Shown here in pieces: positions 1-13,300 of a DNA stretch of 64,000 nt; positions within the stretch are counted from its first letter, which is position 1; each line of letters opens with the position of its first letter. Origin of the DNA: Antedon mediterranea (Eukaryota > Animalia > Echinodermata); contig NC_092676.1 of the NCBI RefSeq assembly GCF_964355755.1, positions 9,897,888 through 9,961,887 of the forward strand. The letters run 5' to 3'. The translations under genes were made by a program, and so were the position numbers. The notes under the pieces were generated by a model. The model was not told the origin of the DNA and did not search any database. It saw nothing but the letters and a program-made list of their open reading frames with translations.

Positions 1-142
1 TCAGATTATTTCCATTGGGATCCTTTTACAATCTAAAATAAAAAATATAAACATTACAAAGTATAGCATTAAACACGTAAATATTACAAAAACAATAATA
101 TAAAAAACAAGTTAAATTAAAGACTATGATTGACTTATAAAG

Positions 143-1510
143 TTATTTGGTAGAACAGAAATGTGATTTAACATTTTTCTTAAAATTAAATTTGTTTTCT
201 ATTTGTTGAATGGAATGAGGTAGGTTATTCCATGCCTTTATGCCTGTATAATAAAACGTTTTAGATATTTGACTATCAGATTTAGGAACTGAAAAACCAT
301 TGACACTACTTCTAGTCATATAATCGTGGTTAGATGAAACTCTTTGAAACTTTTCAGTCAAATAAGGTACTGTTTTTCTATAAAAAATCTTATGAACATG
401 ATTAAGTTTGAGTTGGCAAATTCTATCCTCTAGACATAATTGACCGATTTGGTTCAGTTCGTCTTTACCAATATGTGCACGATTATTTTTATTTAATATA
501 AACCTAGCAACTTTATTTTGACTGGTTTGGAGTCTTTGTTTAAGTTTTTTAGAAACACCGGAAAACCAGGAGCAACATGCATAGTCAAAGTGACAAGTAA
601 TCAGTGCCGAACATAGAATTTTACGAGAAAAGAAATTTAGACATGCAGAATGTCTATACAAAAATTTAAGTCTTGAATTAGTCTTACTAAGAACTTTTTG
701 AACCATAGATTCTCCAGACAGGTCTTCATCAAGCAAACAACCAAGATATGAGATCATATTCTTCTTACATATCAACTTATTTTTAAACATAACAGCAAAA
801 TCATGAACATTCTTAAGTTTTCTTTTAGTACCAAACAATATTGATTCAGTTTTATCAGGATGTAATGATAGTTTGTTGTTTATAAGCCAGTTGTTACATG
901 ATTCCAGGTTTGAACTTAAATCATTAGCTATTTGTCTAATATCATTACCAGAAGACAACAATATTGTATCATCAGCATATAACATAATATTGCAATTTAC
1001 ACTAATTGGGATGTCATTCATGTAGCATATGAATAAAAGAGGTCCTAAAATGCTACCTTGCGGAACTCCGCTAGATATAGTACATGGTTGAGACTGAACG
1101 CCATTTACTGATGTAATTTGTTTGCGATCTTTCAAATATGATTCAAACCATAATAATGAATCTTTATCAATGCCCATATGAACCAGTTTTTGCAATAATA
1201 TCTGATGGTTGACTGTATCAAAAGCCTTTTGTATGTCAAGGACCACCAAACCTGTAAAGTTACCTTTAGGTATTTCAGATCTTATATGATCGGTTAAATT
1301 AATTAAAGCAGTATCAGTAGAATAATTTCCTCTAAAACCTGATTGAAAATCATTAATTACATTGTTTTCATTGAGATAGTTATGTAATTGTACAAAAACA
1401 GCTTTTTCGATTATCTTAGATATTACTGGTAAGATGCTAATAGGTCCATAATTACTAACTTCCTGCCTATTGTTCTTTTTAAATAATGGTGTGACCTTAG
1501 CAAATTTCAT
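143..1510 (-). mobile_element. 5'-truncated non-LTR retrotransposon (LINE, CR1/L2/Crack-like), RT domain plus C-terminus, inside an intron of the collagen-C1q gene
   Basis: 455-aa ORF with RT motifs KVTPLFKK, PISILPVISK, FQSGFR, DIQKAFDTVNH, GVPQGSILGPLLF, YADD, YLG and C-terminal WNNLP; starts mid-RT with no endonuclease; 3' UTR runs off the window start. Clade assignment is tentative. Confidence 0.9.
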
Positions 1511-1622
1511 ATTGTTAAGAAAAACCTTTAACCTTTAACAATTAAATTGACAATGAACGTGAAATGAAAGACCATTTCGATTGTCACTCATCGATGAAAG
1601 AATGGTATACATTGTGCCATAC

Positions 1623-3585
1623 CTGATACAGTAACGTTAAACACGCCTGTTTCCATATCGAAGTCGCCTCCTATATTTGAAAATTCATGTTCCCATATAA
1701 TCACCATATCACCATCATTTGCTACTATATTATTATTTAGCGCCACTGAAAACGCACGATACTGTCTATTCACGGCATTTGTAGTGGTAAACGTCCCTGG
1801 TATTCCTTTAGGTCCTTGTGTTCCAGGTTTACCAGGAAAACCTGTAAAATATACCAGTGATAATGTTTAGCTTCATTAGGATACATAAACTACTAATTTA
1901 TCATGATAATCAGGATGGATAAACCGATAGATTATCTAGACTATTATAATCGCTTGTTGTTGCTAAAATTACTTGCTTTAGAGGTCAGATCGAATTATTA
2001 TTATTATTATTATTATTATTATTTATTTCCTTTATTGCATCAAGTAAGCAGTGATGAAGTTGACATAAATATAATAGTAAATATGTAAACACATAGTATA
2101 ACACAGTCCAAACAAGTAATACTAAAATATATCATAGTCCACAAATCAGTCTTTCAATGGCCATCATAGTACATCCAGTAACACAAACCAATAGAGGTTC
2201 ACAATTTGCTTATCATAACTCAGTTACTGAATTGATTATCTGAAACAATTGCTGGAACAGGGAATTGGTGTGTCATGTACCCGATTACAATGTTATCATA
2301 GGATATAGCAATAGAATTCTTTAACTGTATCAATCAGGTTACAAGCGACTTTGGTAGCTATTAGATTATGTTGAAATAAAATAAATAAAATGATGAATAT
2401 ATTGTGTATGTGTGTGTGTGTGAATGTATTTCTGTTTCACTATTGTAGAACACTTACTCTCTTAAACCTACATTCCTGCCTTACACATACCTATAGTACC
2501 ATCTTCTCCTTGTGGTCCAACCGGTCCCCTGTCTCCAGGCTTCCCTTTTGGACCAGTAGGTCCTCTTGGACCAACATGTCCTTGCTCTCCACGATAACCT
2601 ACCACACCTGGGAAGCCATCTAACCCCGATATTCCTGAAATGTAATACAATTAAATTAACTATTTGTTGCTTTTCTAATCAATAAATAATTAATATTAAA
2701 AAAGACACAGTTTAATATAGAAAAAAAACAAAATGAATGCAAAAGTTAATAGGCTGACAGATCAACAGAGCTCTTTTTTAATGAGATTTTCACGTAAAAC
2801 GAACAAAGGGAATATTATACAAGGAGACACTTTGTTAGCTTCCGAAGATGTATTTATTTATTTAACATATTTATACAGGATTATACACAATCAAGTAACA
2901 AAACCTGTCGACAAAACGGATACAAATTAAAATACTTATACAATTAATAATAATAATAATAATTAAAAAAAAATATATATATATATACTGGAAGTTAATG
3001 GAAGATGTCTCCTTAGAAGGTATTGTATTATATTATTACTATATTACAACCTTTTACACCCTTGTCAATGTATATCAAATAATATCAAAACGTTTGTAGA
3101 TATACACATTGTCAAACGTAAGGGTTGTATTAATATTCATAATTTTAGTTAGAGGCCCTATTTATTTTTACTTTATTTTATAATAAACAAAAATTACCAC
3201 ATCGTCCTTCAACACCGATCTCTCCTTTTGGGCCCTTAATTCCTGGTGGGCCCGGTGGTCCTGCTATTCCTTCATTCCCGTGATTACCATTATTACCAGG
3301 GTATCCAGAGGTTCCCAAAACCCCGGCGATTCCAGGTGCACCGGTTCGTCCTGGTAGCCCAGGAACACCAGGCGGACCTTGTACAGGCACGTAATAAAAC
3401 TGTGATTGCTGACGATGTACCGAGTCGGACGTTGTTACATGACGCGGTATACGATTCTTTTGCAGACTATCTTCTACAACTTGGCTGGTATCCTTCAGCA
3501 CAGCTTCACATTTTACGTTAGAAATTACTGAAATTGATATATAACCAGCTAATAAGAGCACGTTAAAGAGGCATCGTGGTATCAT
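1623..3585 (-). CDS. Secreted short-collagen + C1q-domain protein (C1q/TNF-related-like), first three coding exons 3585-3198, 2634-2491, 1841-1623; the rest lies beyond the window start
   Basis: ATG at 3585 followed by a hydrophobic leader ([22 protein letters not shown]); Gly-X-Y repeats across three GT-AG exons joined in phase 1 (middle exon 144 bp = 16 triplets); then the N-terminal half of a C1q domain (AFSVAL...[27 protein letters not shown]). Confidence 0.85.
1995..2350 (-). mobile_element. Possible degraded LINE 3' end with (TAA)n tail, intronic
   Basis: Minus strand reads AATAAA followed by a (TAA)n run at 1995-2035; the upstream sequence is only weakly coding-like. Confidence 0.3.
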
Positions 3586-4331
3586 CCTGTCTCGCACCAA
3601 ATCGTAAACTCTCGGCCTGTTTCAGCAAAACATTTAGAGCTTAAGTTTGGAAATAGATAGATCCTTTCCGATGATAATAATAGATATAATGACGACCTTC
3701 TCAGACAGTGAATAATCCGGTTTGCTTCCTTCGTTACGGTCTATCAAGTCTAGTGGAAGGAACAAACTCATATTGCTTCCGATATTTTAAGACAATAAGA
3801 ATCCTGGCTCTACTTCATTTTAATATAGTTGTTCAACTTTTTATTTATACGTGAAACAACACTACAGAAATATTATTGAGTATAAAGTAATTTATATTTA
3901 TTTAATACAAAAAAAAACACTGAACAAAAATAATATTAAAACTACAAAAATAAACCGTACTTTTACTTTTACTTATTACAGTTTATCCAATAAATAATGC
4001 TTTTAGTTTTGTCCAAATGTTGACAATATATTATGCGACATTAAATGGTCTATTCAAACATTTTTTAAACAAAAGGGGAACAATTACAATTATTATTAAA
4101 AATTTTTCAAGAAAATAATAACTGCTCAATCTATATAAACCGACCTCAGTAACTTATGATTCTTCTTTTCAATTGTATTAACATGCTATTCACTGAGTTC
4201 AAGTAAGGGTAAGCTAAAATTGAGTTATATAATGAATTTGTACGCCAGTCTTTCCACTTAATTGTCCACGTTGTTGTTAAAACAAACGGTATTCTCTTCC
4301 TCCTCCTTTCCCCTTAAAATGGATAAACTCA

Positions 4332-7300
4332 TCATTGCATATCGACGTAATGGCCATTATCTATTTCAGGTATCGCATCAGAAGAGTCGGTACGATTCAA
4401 AACGAAGTGACCACTGTAACGACGCTTGTCAAATATGTCAAACTGAAGTACCTAAAATGTAAAAATATATACCATTATTCGTTATTGTCATTATAATAAT
4501 GTAAACAACTACCGCGAATTAGTAAATAAAATGAGAACACATGAGAACTATTACCATCACTATAACCACCATCACCTTGATCACCATCACCACTATCAGC
4601 ATCACCACCATCATCATCACTATCACCATCATCACCAATATCATTAGCACCATTACCATCATTACCATCACTATCATCACCACCATCCTTACCACCACTA
4701 CAACCATCATCATTACCACCATCCTTACCCCCACCATTACCACCATACTCATTAACACCATTATCATCAACACCATCATTACCACCACCATTACCACCAT
4801 CATCATTACCACCATTGCCATCAACACCATCATTACCACCATCATCATCACCACTATCATTACCATCATCTCTATTACTATCACCACCATCACCATTGTC
4901 ATCACTACCACTATCACTATCACCATAGTCATCTTTTACCTACATGATATGATTATCATCGCCATAAGCGTCATAATCCATTATTTTTGCCATTGTTGTC
5001 ATTATAAACTTATAATTGGTTGCCATAATTTTACAGTATTGTTGTCGTCATCAATTTGTTCATTGTTATCTTCGTTTTCATTAACATTTTCTTGGTCACA
5101 TTATCATGACTACCATTGATTTTGAGTTAGGAGATAAACGTGTCGTCGTCCTCATTAACATTGTTTTCGTTACGAACCATCACTATCACCATCATCACCG
5201 CCATCATCATTACTACCACCATTACTATCACTATCATTAACACCATAACCACCATCATTACCACCACCATCACCACCACCATAACTACCACCATCATCAT
5301 CATCCCCACCATCATTACCACCATAATCACCACCATCATTACCATCATCACCATCACTACCACCGTCATTATCATTACAATCACCACCATTGATTTTGAG
5401 GTGGAGTTAGGAAATAAACGTATCGCCGTCATCATTTACATTTTCTGCGTAACCATACTGCTCTTATAATAGTCAGCATTGCTTTTAAGTTAGAGTTTAG
5501 AGGGTAACTTTCATCTAATTTCTTCGCCATCATTGTCATCACAACCTTTGATTCGAGTTGGAGTTTAGCGTCATTATCATTTACATTTTAACTTCCAAGA
5601 TTGTCATAACCACCAATTATTTTCAGTTTAGAGTTAGTCACTGTCCTGATCGTCATTTTTGTCGTCGTTGTCAACCACAAATACTTTAACCTACAATTGA
5701 GTTTGAGTTTGGGTTGAGTGTTTCAACAAGTTCACTAAACGTTGGTCGTTTTCCTGGAACCTCATGCCAACAACCCGTCATCACTTTGTATCTAATTCAA
5801 AATAAATAAATTGTCAAAGGTGCATTTTCCATATATTTACTGAACAAATAAGGATTTAAATAAAATATTTCAAAAGAATTCAGAGTGGGAACCCTTTGGC
5901 ATAAATGTGAGGTGTTTCAAAGAGATGATGCAACGAAAACAAAAACTGTGAGGTGAAACAAATTACAAGAGAAACAAAGTCAACGAGATTAAAAATATTG
6001 AAAACTACAATGTTGAAAAGGGAAAACAGTTTTTGAACGTTAAAATAAAGATCAGAACAAGGCCTGTTTATTAAAAAGGATCACTAACAGATAGTCACTG
6101 CAATGGCTTGGTTTCTCGAGCCTCTTTCCTGCTTGTAACGCTGTCATCACTTGTCTGGCACTTAACTCTGCATATGGTCTTGCGCCTAAAATAAATGTAT
6201 TAAATACATTTTAGTAAAAATACGTTTCTGGAATAGAAATATATTTTAAGGACGAGCGAGGCCTGCTTTGTGTGCAATTTGATGAAGGAATTATATAAAT
6301 AGCATTAAAGCACTTCGGCTTCATTTTTAGAGGAATGTTTGGTTTTATCAGTTTAAGTTGGTAGTTGCCATTAAAAATGTAAAATGTTCTTGTATATAAA
6401 AACGTACCTAACGTAATAATCTCCCAGACTACAATCCCAAACGACCAGACGTCACTCATGGTTGTGTAAACATGCTCAAATAATGATTCGTGAGCCATCC
6501 ATCGAACAGGTAGGCCATCCTAAAACAATTAAACAGTACTAATAATATTCAGACATTTTAACTATACTATTAAACAAGTATATAAACAATTAATACGTAC
6601 AGCGTGAGAGAGACGATGTAATTGTTTCTTCAGCACATCACGTGACAGTCCAAAGTCAGATATTTTACAAAGTTTCTTTCCTTGTACGTCTTCTCCGACA
6701 AGAACATTGCGAGCGGCTAAATCACGATGAATAACCTATGTAGAAACCAATGATATTTCGTTAGTAGACCTATGACTTGTTGATTACAGTAATCCAGAGG
6801 GTCAACTGCTATCCACAGAGCAAAGGAGCGTGCCATTTAATCTTAGCAGATGTGTTCGCAACAAACAAATTATATTTATTCAGTTATTCTCTCCAAATGA
6901 ATTGGAAATGTACTGTTACCTTATTAGCAGAAAGAAACGCCATTCCTTTTGCAATTCCATTTGCAAAATGTATGAGGTCATGTGGTGTTAAACCAGACGA
7001 CAATGACAGTCCTTGGTCACTAACATAAGATTGCTGAGCTTGCAGAAAGCTCCTCAAATCTCCATGCTCGGCAAATTCGAAGATTAAATAAAATGGATCT
7101 ACATTATATAATTAAGAAATATTCAGCTAAAAGTGTTAACATTTTGTTCTTGTTTATAAGCTCACATTATGCAAACAAGAATACATAATTCTTATTACTA
7201 TTATGAAATGTTTTGCTTTAGCAGGTTAAAACTTCAATGAAAGCTTTGATTAATTTATCATAGTTGCCGTTTTTCTACTGTTTCATAATGATATGATACT

Positions 7301-10300
7301 GCCAATGGCAACTGAAAATCTTCAGCAAATAAGCAGTAGCACGCCCTCTATACCGTCACGCAAAACGGCACGTTATTTATTTTTAAAAAGAGTATCATAC
7401 ATGATTAAAAATCAATCAATGATTTATCTTACCTTCATGACTGCAAATACCTAAAAGTGTAACAAGATTGGGATGCGGTGATAGTTTACGAAGTGTGTGT
7501 AATTCATGAGAAAAATCAGTCTTTTTGTTCAAATCTGTAAAAGTATAAACATTAATTGACAATGTGTCTTTGTACTATTGCCATGCTTGGGTATGGTGTT
7601 TCTTTCACATAATGCAAAAAAGAGATTTTTAAAATTCGACATTTACCACCTTCATACAAAAGCCAATTCAGGCTTTGATTCACACGCATGATCAGTGTAC
7701 ATTTTAGGTATTCTTGACTTTACGTTAACTCAAAACCTGTATTTTTTTATTTGTGTGCAACGTAAAGGGAATCTAGCTTGTTTGGAAATGTGTTTTAATA
7801 TCAATACTAATTTTGCTAATCAATTTTAGTACTTGTTTTTAAATCGTTCTAAAAGTTTAAAAATTCATGTCTTGTACAATTACTGTACAATATACAATAA
7901 GAATACAAAGTTATCATTTAGTTCCATTTCATCATTTTATGTTAAATATTTTGCGTGTATGTGTGTGTATGCCGACGATGTAAAATGTGTATTTCCAAAC
8001 AAATTGATTGATTGTATCCTATCTTTACCTTTTAAACTTTTAACAGCTACCACGCTCCATTGCTTTTGCCCTCGGATGTTATACGCACGTGCTTTCATTA
8101 CATTGCTAAATTTGCCTTCACCGATTTTGTCACCAATCTCAAGATTTTCTCGAGCAAATTCAATCGAGTCCTCGATAGGTAGCTCGTAATTGATCTGAAA
8201 TTATTAATCGATATCTAACAATATAACTCAATAAAAATCAATATTTAAGCTACTATTGTATTACACGCAACATATGGCAGTTAATTGATTCAATATGATC
8301 AAATGTGTTTCCCTTTACTAATGTAATTTGTTATTTATTGTGTGTTTATTCAACACACAATATAATCCTCAACAATTACATATTTTAATATGTAATTGTA
8401 GTAAATTCATAATTAAAATTATGAATTTACTACCTTTTGCTGATGAAATTTTTTGATATAATGTTTTCCAATATTTAAGCTCAACATAGAATAAAATAAG
8501 TAAGTATAAAATATATTTTTGTCAACATATCGAAAGTTATACAAACATACGTTATCGGCGCCTCCAACTGCGCCTTTCTCGAAATTTAATTCGCTTTCAA
8601 AATTTACACGGTTCACTGCTTTTCTATTATCGTAAGAATTCAAGCGTACTCGTTGAATATGGTTATCGTAAATGACATTTGAATTCTTTTCAGTTGGTGT
8701 ACACTGGAGAGTAAAAATGAATCATAAATTAGTTATAATAGTTTGGTGATTGTGATTGATTGTGATTTGATGATAGTACATGTGAAGAAGATGTTACACC
8801 ACCACTGGATGGAAAGGATATTGCAAAGAATGATGGCGATGATGATGATGATGATGATGATTATAATAATGATGAAGATTATAATAATGATGACGACGAA
8901 GAATATGATGATCATCATAACTATTTATTAATATTATTTCTTTTGTTGTAAAAAACAGCATAGTAATATAACTGCATACTTGTAACTGATAGTATTGTAG
9001 CTAATGCCTCAATTTTAAGTAAGAAAAGATTTTTACATTGCATAAACCTATATTTATACATCTTTTTAAGCATGAAATTACATTTTACATTTCATCTATA
9101 GTATTGGAATAATCTTTCAATACACACATTGTGACAATCAAATATCCAAATTATACCACAGAAAATTAAAGGCAATGCACAATGGGGATAGTCTTCAACT
9201 AATGTATTGTAAGCATAAGATGAGAAGAAAGCTTACGTTTTCATTATTCATTGCTGGAGCTTCTGAATAAGGTATCGAGTAGATGTTATCAAATTCCTCA
9301 TCACTCTGGAAATAAAAAAAACGGATATCGATTGTTATTTAATACACCTCTATTCTGGCAACATTAAGGAGGAAACATTTTAATTCGAAACGAATGTGGG
9401 GAAATATAAGTTTTAATAATATAACAGCAAATTCGTATTTAAAAGGCACCTCATTAATGGTGTACCCTTTAAGAGTTCTACTGTGTTTAGATATAACACA
9501 TATGTGCTAACTTACTAATATGAATTGCTTGCGAGCTATAGAGCTTCATTGACTCTTTAGAAGCCCCAGACGTTTTACTAATATGAATTGCTTGCGAGCT
9601 ATAGAGCTTCATTGACTCTTTAGAAGCCCCAGACGTTTTACTAATATGAATTGCTTGCGAGCTATAGAGCTTCATTGACTCTTTAGAAGCCCCAGACGTT
9701 TTACTAATATGAAGTGCTTGCGAGCTATAGAGCTTCATTGACTCTTTAGAAGCCCCAGACGTTTTACTAATATGAATTGCTTGCAAGCTATAGAGCTTCA
9801 TTGACTCTTTAGAAGCCCCAGACGTTTTACTAATATGAATTGCTTGCGAGCTATAGAGCTTCATTGACTCTTTAGAAGCCCCAGACGTTTTACTAATATG
9901 AATTGCTTGCGAGCTATAGAGCTTCATTGACTCTTTAGAAGCCCCAGACGTTTAGAAGCCCCACACGTTTAGAAGCCCCACACGTTTACAAGCCCCAGAC
10001 GTTTTTTGTCGAACAAATAAAAGAATAAATGATAAAATATATATGATGTAATATAAACTATTATGCCGTCAAATATTCTCGAGTACAAAATAACGACGGT
10101 TTTAAATGATTCATTCGTACTTTATTCACAACAGCGATGACCTGTTAAGAATGCACACGTACCAGCATTGTAATAGGTACGTCTACGTGTTAAGAATGCA
10201 CACGTACCAGCATTGTAATAGGTACATCTACGTAGTAAACGGTATTTTTTGTTACTTGTATAAACAATTTCCTCTACTTTCAATGTAGAATAAAATAAAT

Positions 10301-13300
10301 TCACAGTTAATCAACCAGTGTAAAAAAAACATAAGTGATAAAAGAGTATAAGTGACAAAATATCAATGTAAAACGGACGTTTTCGTCCAGCTCAGCCTTG
10401 ACTTCATCAGTTCATATACATGCCGTTAGTTACAAGCATACATTCGTCTCCAGCCACTACGTGGTTTTGCAGCATGGTCTATGCGTTCAGAGTCGTTAGT
10501 AGTGGATCATAATGAGAGAGTTGGTGCGCAACTTCGTCCCTGTCAATCATATCTTATCTACAAAACCACGTAGTGGCTGCACAGAGGAGTCTACTCATAA
10601 CCTAATGGCATATCTGATGAAGTCTAGATGTTAGTTGGCGTCTTGGAAAAAAAATTTACACTGGTATTTGTTACTGCCATACGCTACGCAAACTCTTTTT
10701 ACTAAAGTAACTAATCACAATCACGGTTGCATCAAACCGTTTTTGTTGTAGGGCCAAACAGTACTTACTCGTTTTTCTCTGTTTCTTCGACAAATAACCC
10801 AGATTACGATCATTATTAGTATGAGTAAACCTGCACCGATCGAACCACCGATAGGTCCTGCTAGCGAAGTTTCACTTGAAGTTGCACCAATAGCACCTGG
10901 GAACACATTACAATGTAAACGCATAACAGAAATTCTCAAATTTAACTGGTTTATGAATTATAAATTCAAGGTAAATAATCGGGTTTGATAAAATAATTAA
11001 GTGGAGACGTTACTATGACGTGTGGGAGGAAGTGAAACCTCTGATAATAGGTATTTAGTGCTCGCAAATACTTACATATTTCAATTAATATCATAAATAC
11101 TCATTTGTTTAATATAATGTAAACATTCTATTTTGACCTTACTTGTGCTTTCTTGAGATTTACCGGTTACTATCTTTACTGGTAATGACGTCTTTGAAGC
11201 TGGTGATGACATTGTAGCAACGGGGTCTACGGCAGATGCTTTTATCAGGAACTACAAAACAAATAAAATATTTGTTATGATTATTCTCAGATTTTATTAT
11301 TTTAAAGCATTAAGACGAGAATTAAAGTATTTCTAATTATACAGTAAAAATGAGATAAGTTAATTTTCATAGAATTAATCTTATACAAGAATGTCACTTA
11401 GTGACAATATAAATAAATGCGCCTGGGACCTGAAATACTTTTCAAAATGCAAAAAGTTACATGGACATGTTACATAAAATTATTTTTTGAATAATTTATT
11501 TTTTGTTGAAAATCAGTAGGCACTGTTTTGGGGTCTGTCATCAAAGCAAATTTCTTATTGGACTAATAAAGATTCTTTTTTTGTATTTACCGATTTAAAG
11601 AAAACCCAAACCGAAAGTTGAAATTATCGTGAACGTATCTTAAAGCATGTTTCCAAGTATTTTGTTTATTAACTGGATTTTATAGTATACAGTCATTTAG
11701 TTTACCTTAACTTTAGCTGTACTTATAAGCTGGGCTTCATTTGATACAGAAATCTCTACAGTGTATTTCTGGTCTTCGTCCGACTGAATTTGGCTAAAAT
11801 CCAATGATAATTCGTAGACTAATGCCTTGTAATCGTACGTTTCACCGGCTACACATTTTGACGGCATCATGGCGCAGTACTAAAAAAACGATTAATATTC
11901 TGGTTTGTTTAGAATAAAATGTGTGTGTTTTTTGTGCTTTATTTAGAAGTATTCGACATCTCATTCATTTTAAGAAATCGGTCATGTTTTTACTCTAATC
12001 TGACGTATTAGCCTACTACTCAGTACAGAGGACATCGTGATCACCTATTTTCGAATAAAAATGTTCTTAGCTTAGCTCATATTGGTTCCAACCTATTGTA
12101 CTTCGTAGTAGTTTTACATTCTTAAGTTTGGTGGTCAGAGGTCAGAGAATTTTTCATCAGCAATTTGTTTAAACATTGATGTACTGGATATCAGTAATAT
12201 TAGTAATGGTAGAACATCGGACCATTCTTCATTACTATTATAAATTAGCATCATACGAAAATATTGTTATACTTTATTTACTAAACAGACGTGACCACCT
12301 TTTTTAAATGTGCGATAAGTACACAAACAAGAAGAAATACTAAACTAAGGTGAATAAAAAATAAGGTAAAACACAAACAACATTATTATAACTAACCAAA
12401 TTGATTTATAAGCCCTATCTGCAAAATATTTTTAATCAACTTTAAGGCATGATTTTATGACATGAAAAAACACAGCTAGTTTTCAATCACGTTATTGAAA
12501 CTCTAAACTGCTAAAAACGTAAACAGTACAAGGATAAATAATGTTTGTTTGTATTTTAACACTTGTTATTATCTTGAAATCTACAGAAAGTCTATTGAAT
12601 TGTAGAAACCAAGGATAACAAATAGCAATGAGGAAGTTAAACGTATTGCCTTTCTGTTTTATGAAAGCATATTTCATGCTTCGTCGAATACATTGACATA
12701 AATTATATTTGGTTTGGGGCAGTGTTGAAAGGTTAGAAGTTCGACTAAGGTTAGTCTGTGAGAACAAAATAAGCTTAGTACTAAATTTTGACTTCTATTA
12801 ATATTCCACACCATCATCTGATAATAAAACACCACAGAGATAATTCTAATATCAGATCAGTTTAATATTTAACACGCTATTTAAGGTTAGAAGTTTGATC
12901 CTAAACAGTAATGTTGGCCAAAATATTCTCATCTACATTTATTAGGCCTATACATTTTGTTTGGACATATTCTATCTATTTTAGCTGCATTTAGGCTTGT
13001 ATAGATTAGGATAAGCGTAACACTAGATTATTAACTCCATTAACATGTTACACTCCTCTACATATTAAAATAAAGATATTGTTATATTATTAATTATCAA
13101 ATCATATTGTAACATACCTCTTCTACGCGTATAACTTCCTTATCGATTTCTATCGGATCTGGTGAAAGTATATGGTAGGTGACCAGTCTCCTCATTAATT
13201 TATCTACTTTCATCTTCTTGTACTGACACCTGGACACTAATTAGTGATAATGATAAGTGAAATGAATAATAAATATATCATCAATGTTAGCGATCGATAT

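Noticed and set aside
2815-3140. Short imperfect inverted repeats in the collagen intron
   Set aside because: Too degenerate and AT-rich to define ends or a TSD.
1623-3585. Functional coupling of the Gly-rich collagen gene to the tRNA-Gly array
   Set aside because: They are 30 kb apart, tRNAs act in trans, and many of the Gly codons are GGA, which the GCC anticodon does not read.
4519-5469. Met/Val-rich and Thr/Ile-rich ORFs
   Set aside because: Translations of trinucleotide microsatellites within an intron.
9487-9927. 146-aa repetitive ORF
   Set aside because: Open only because the 63-bp unit is a multiple of 3; the flanking RTK exons join in phase without it.
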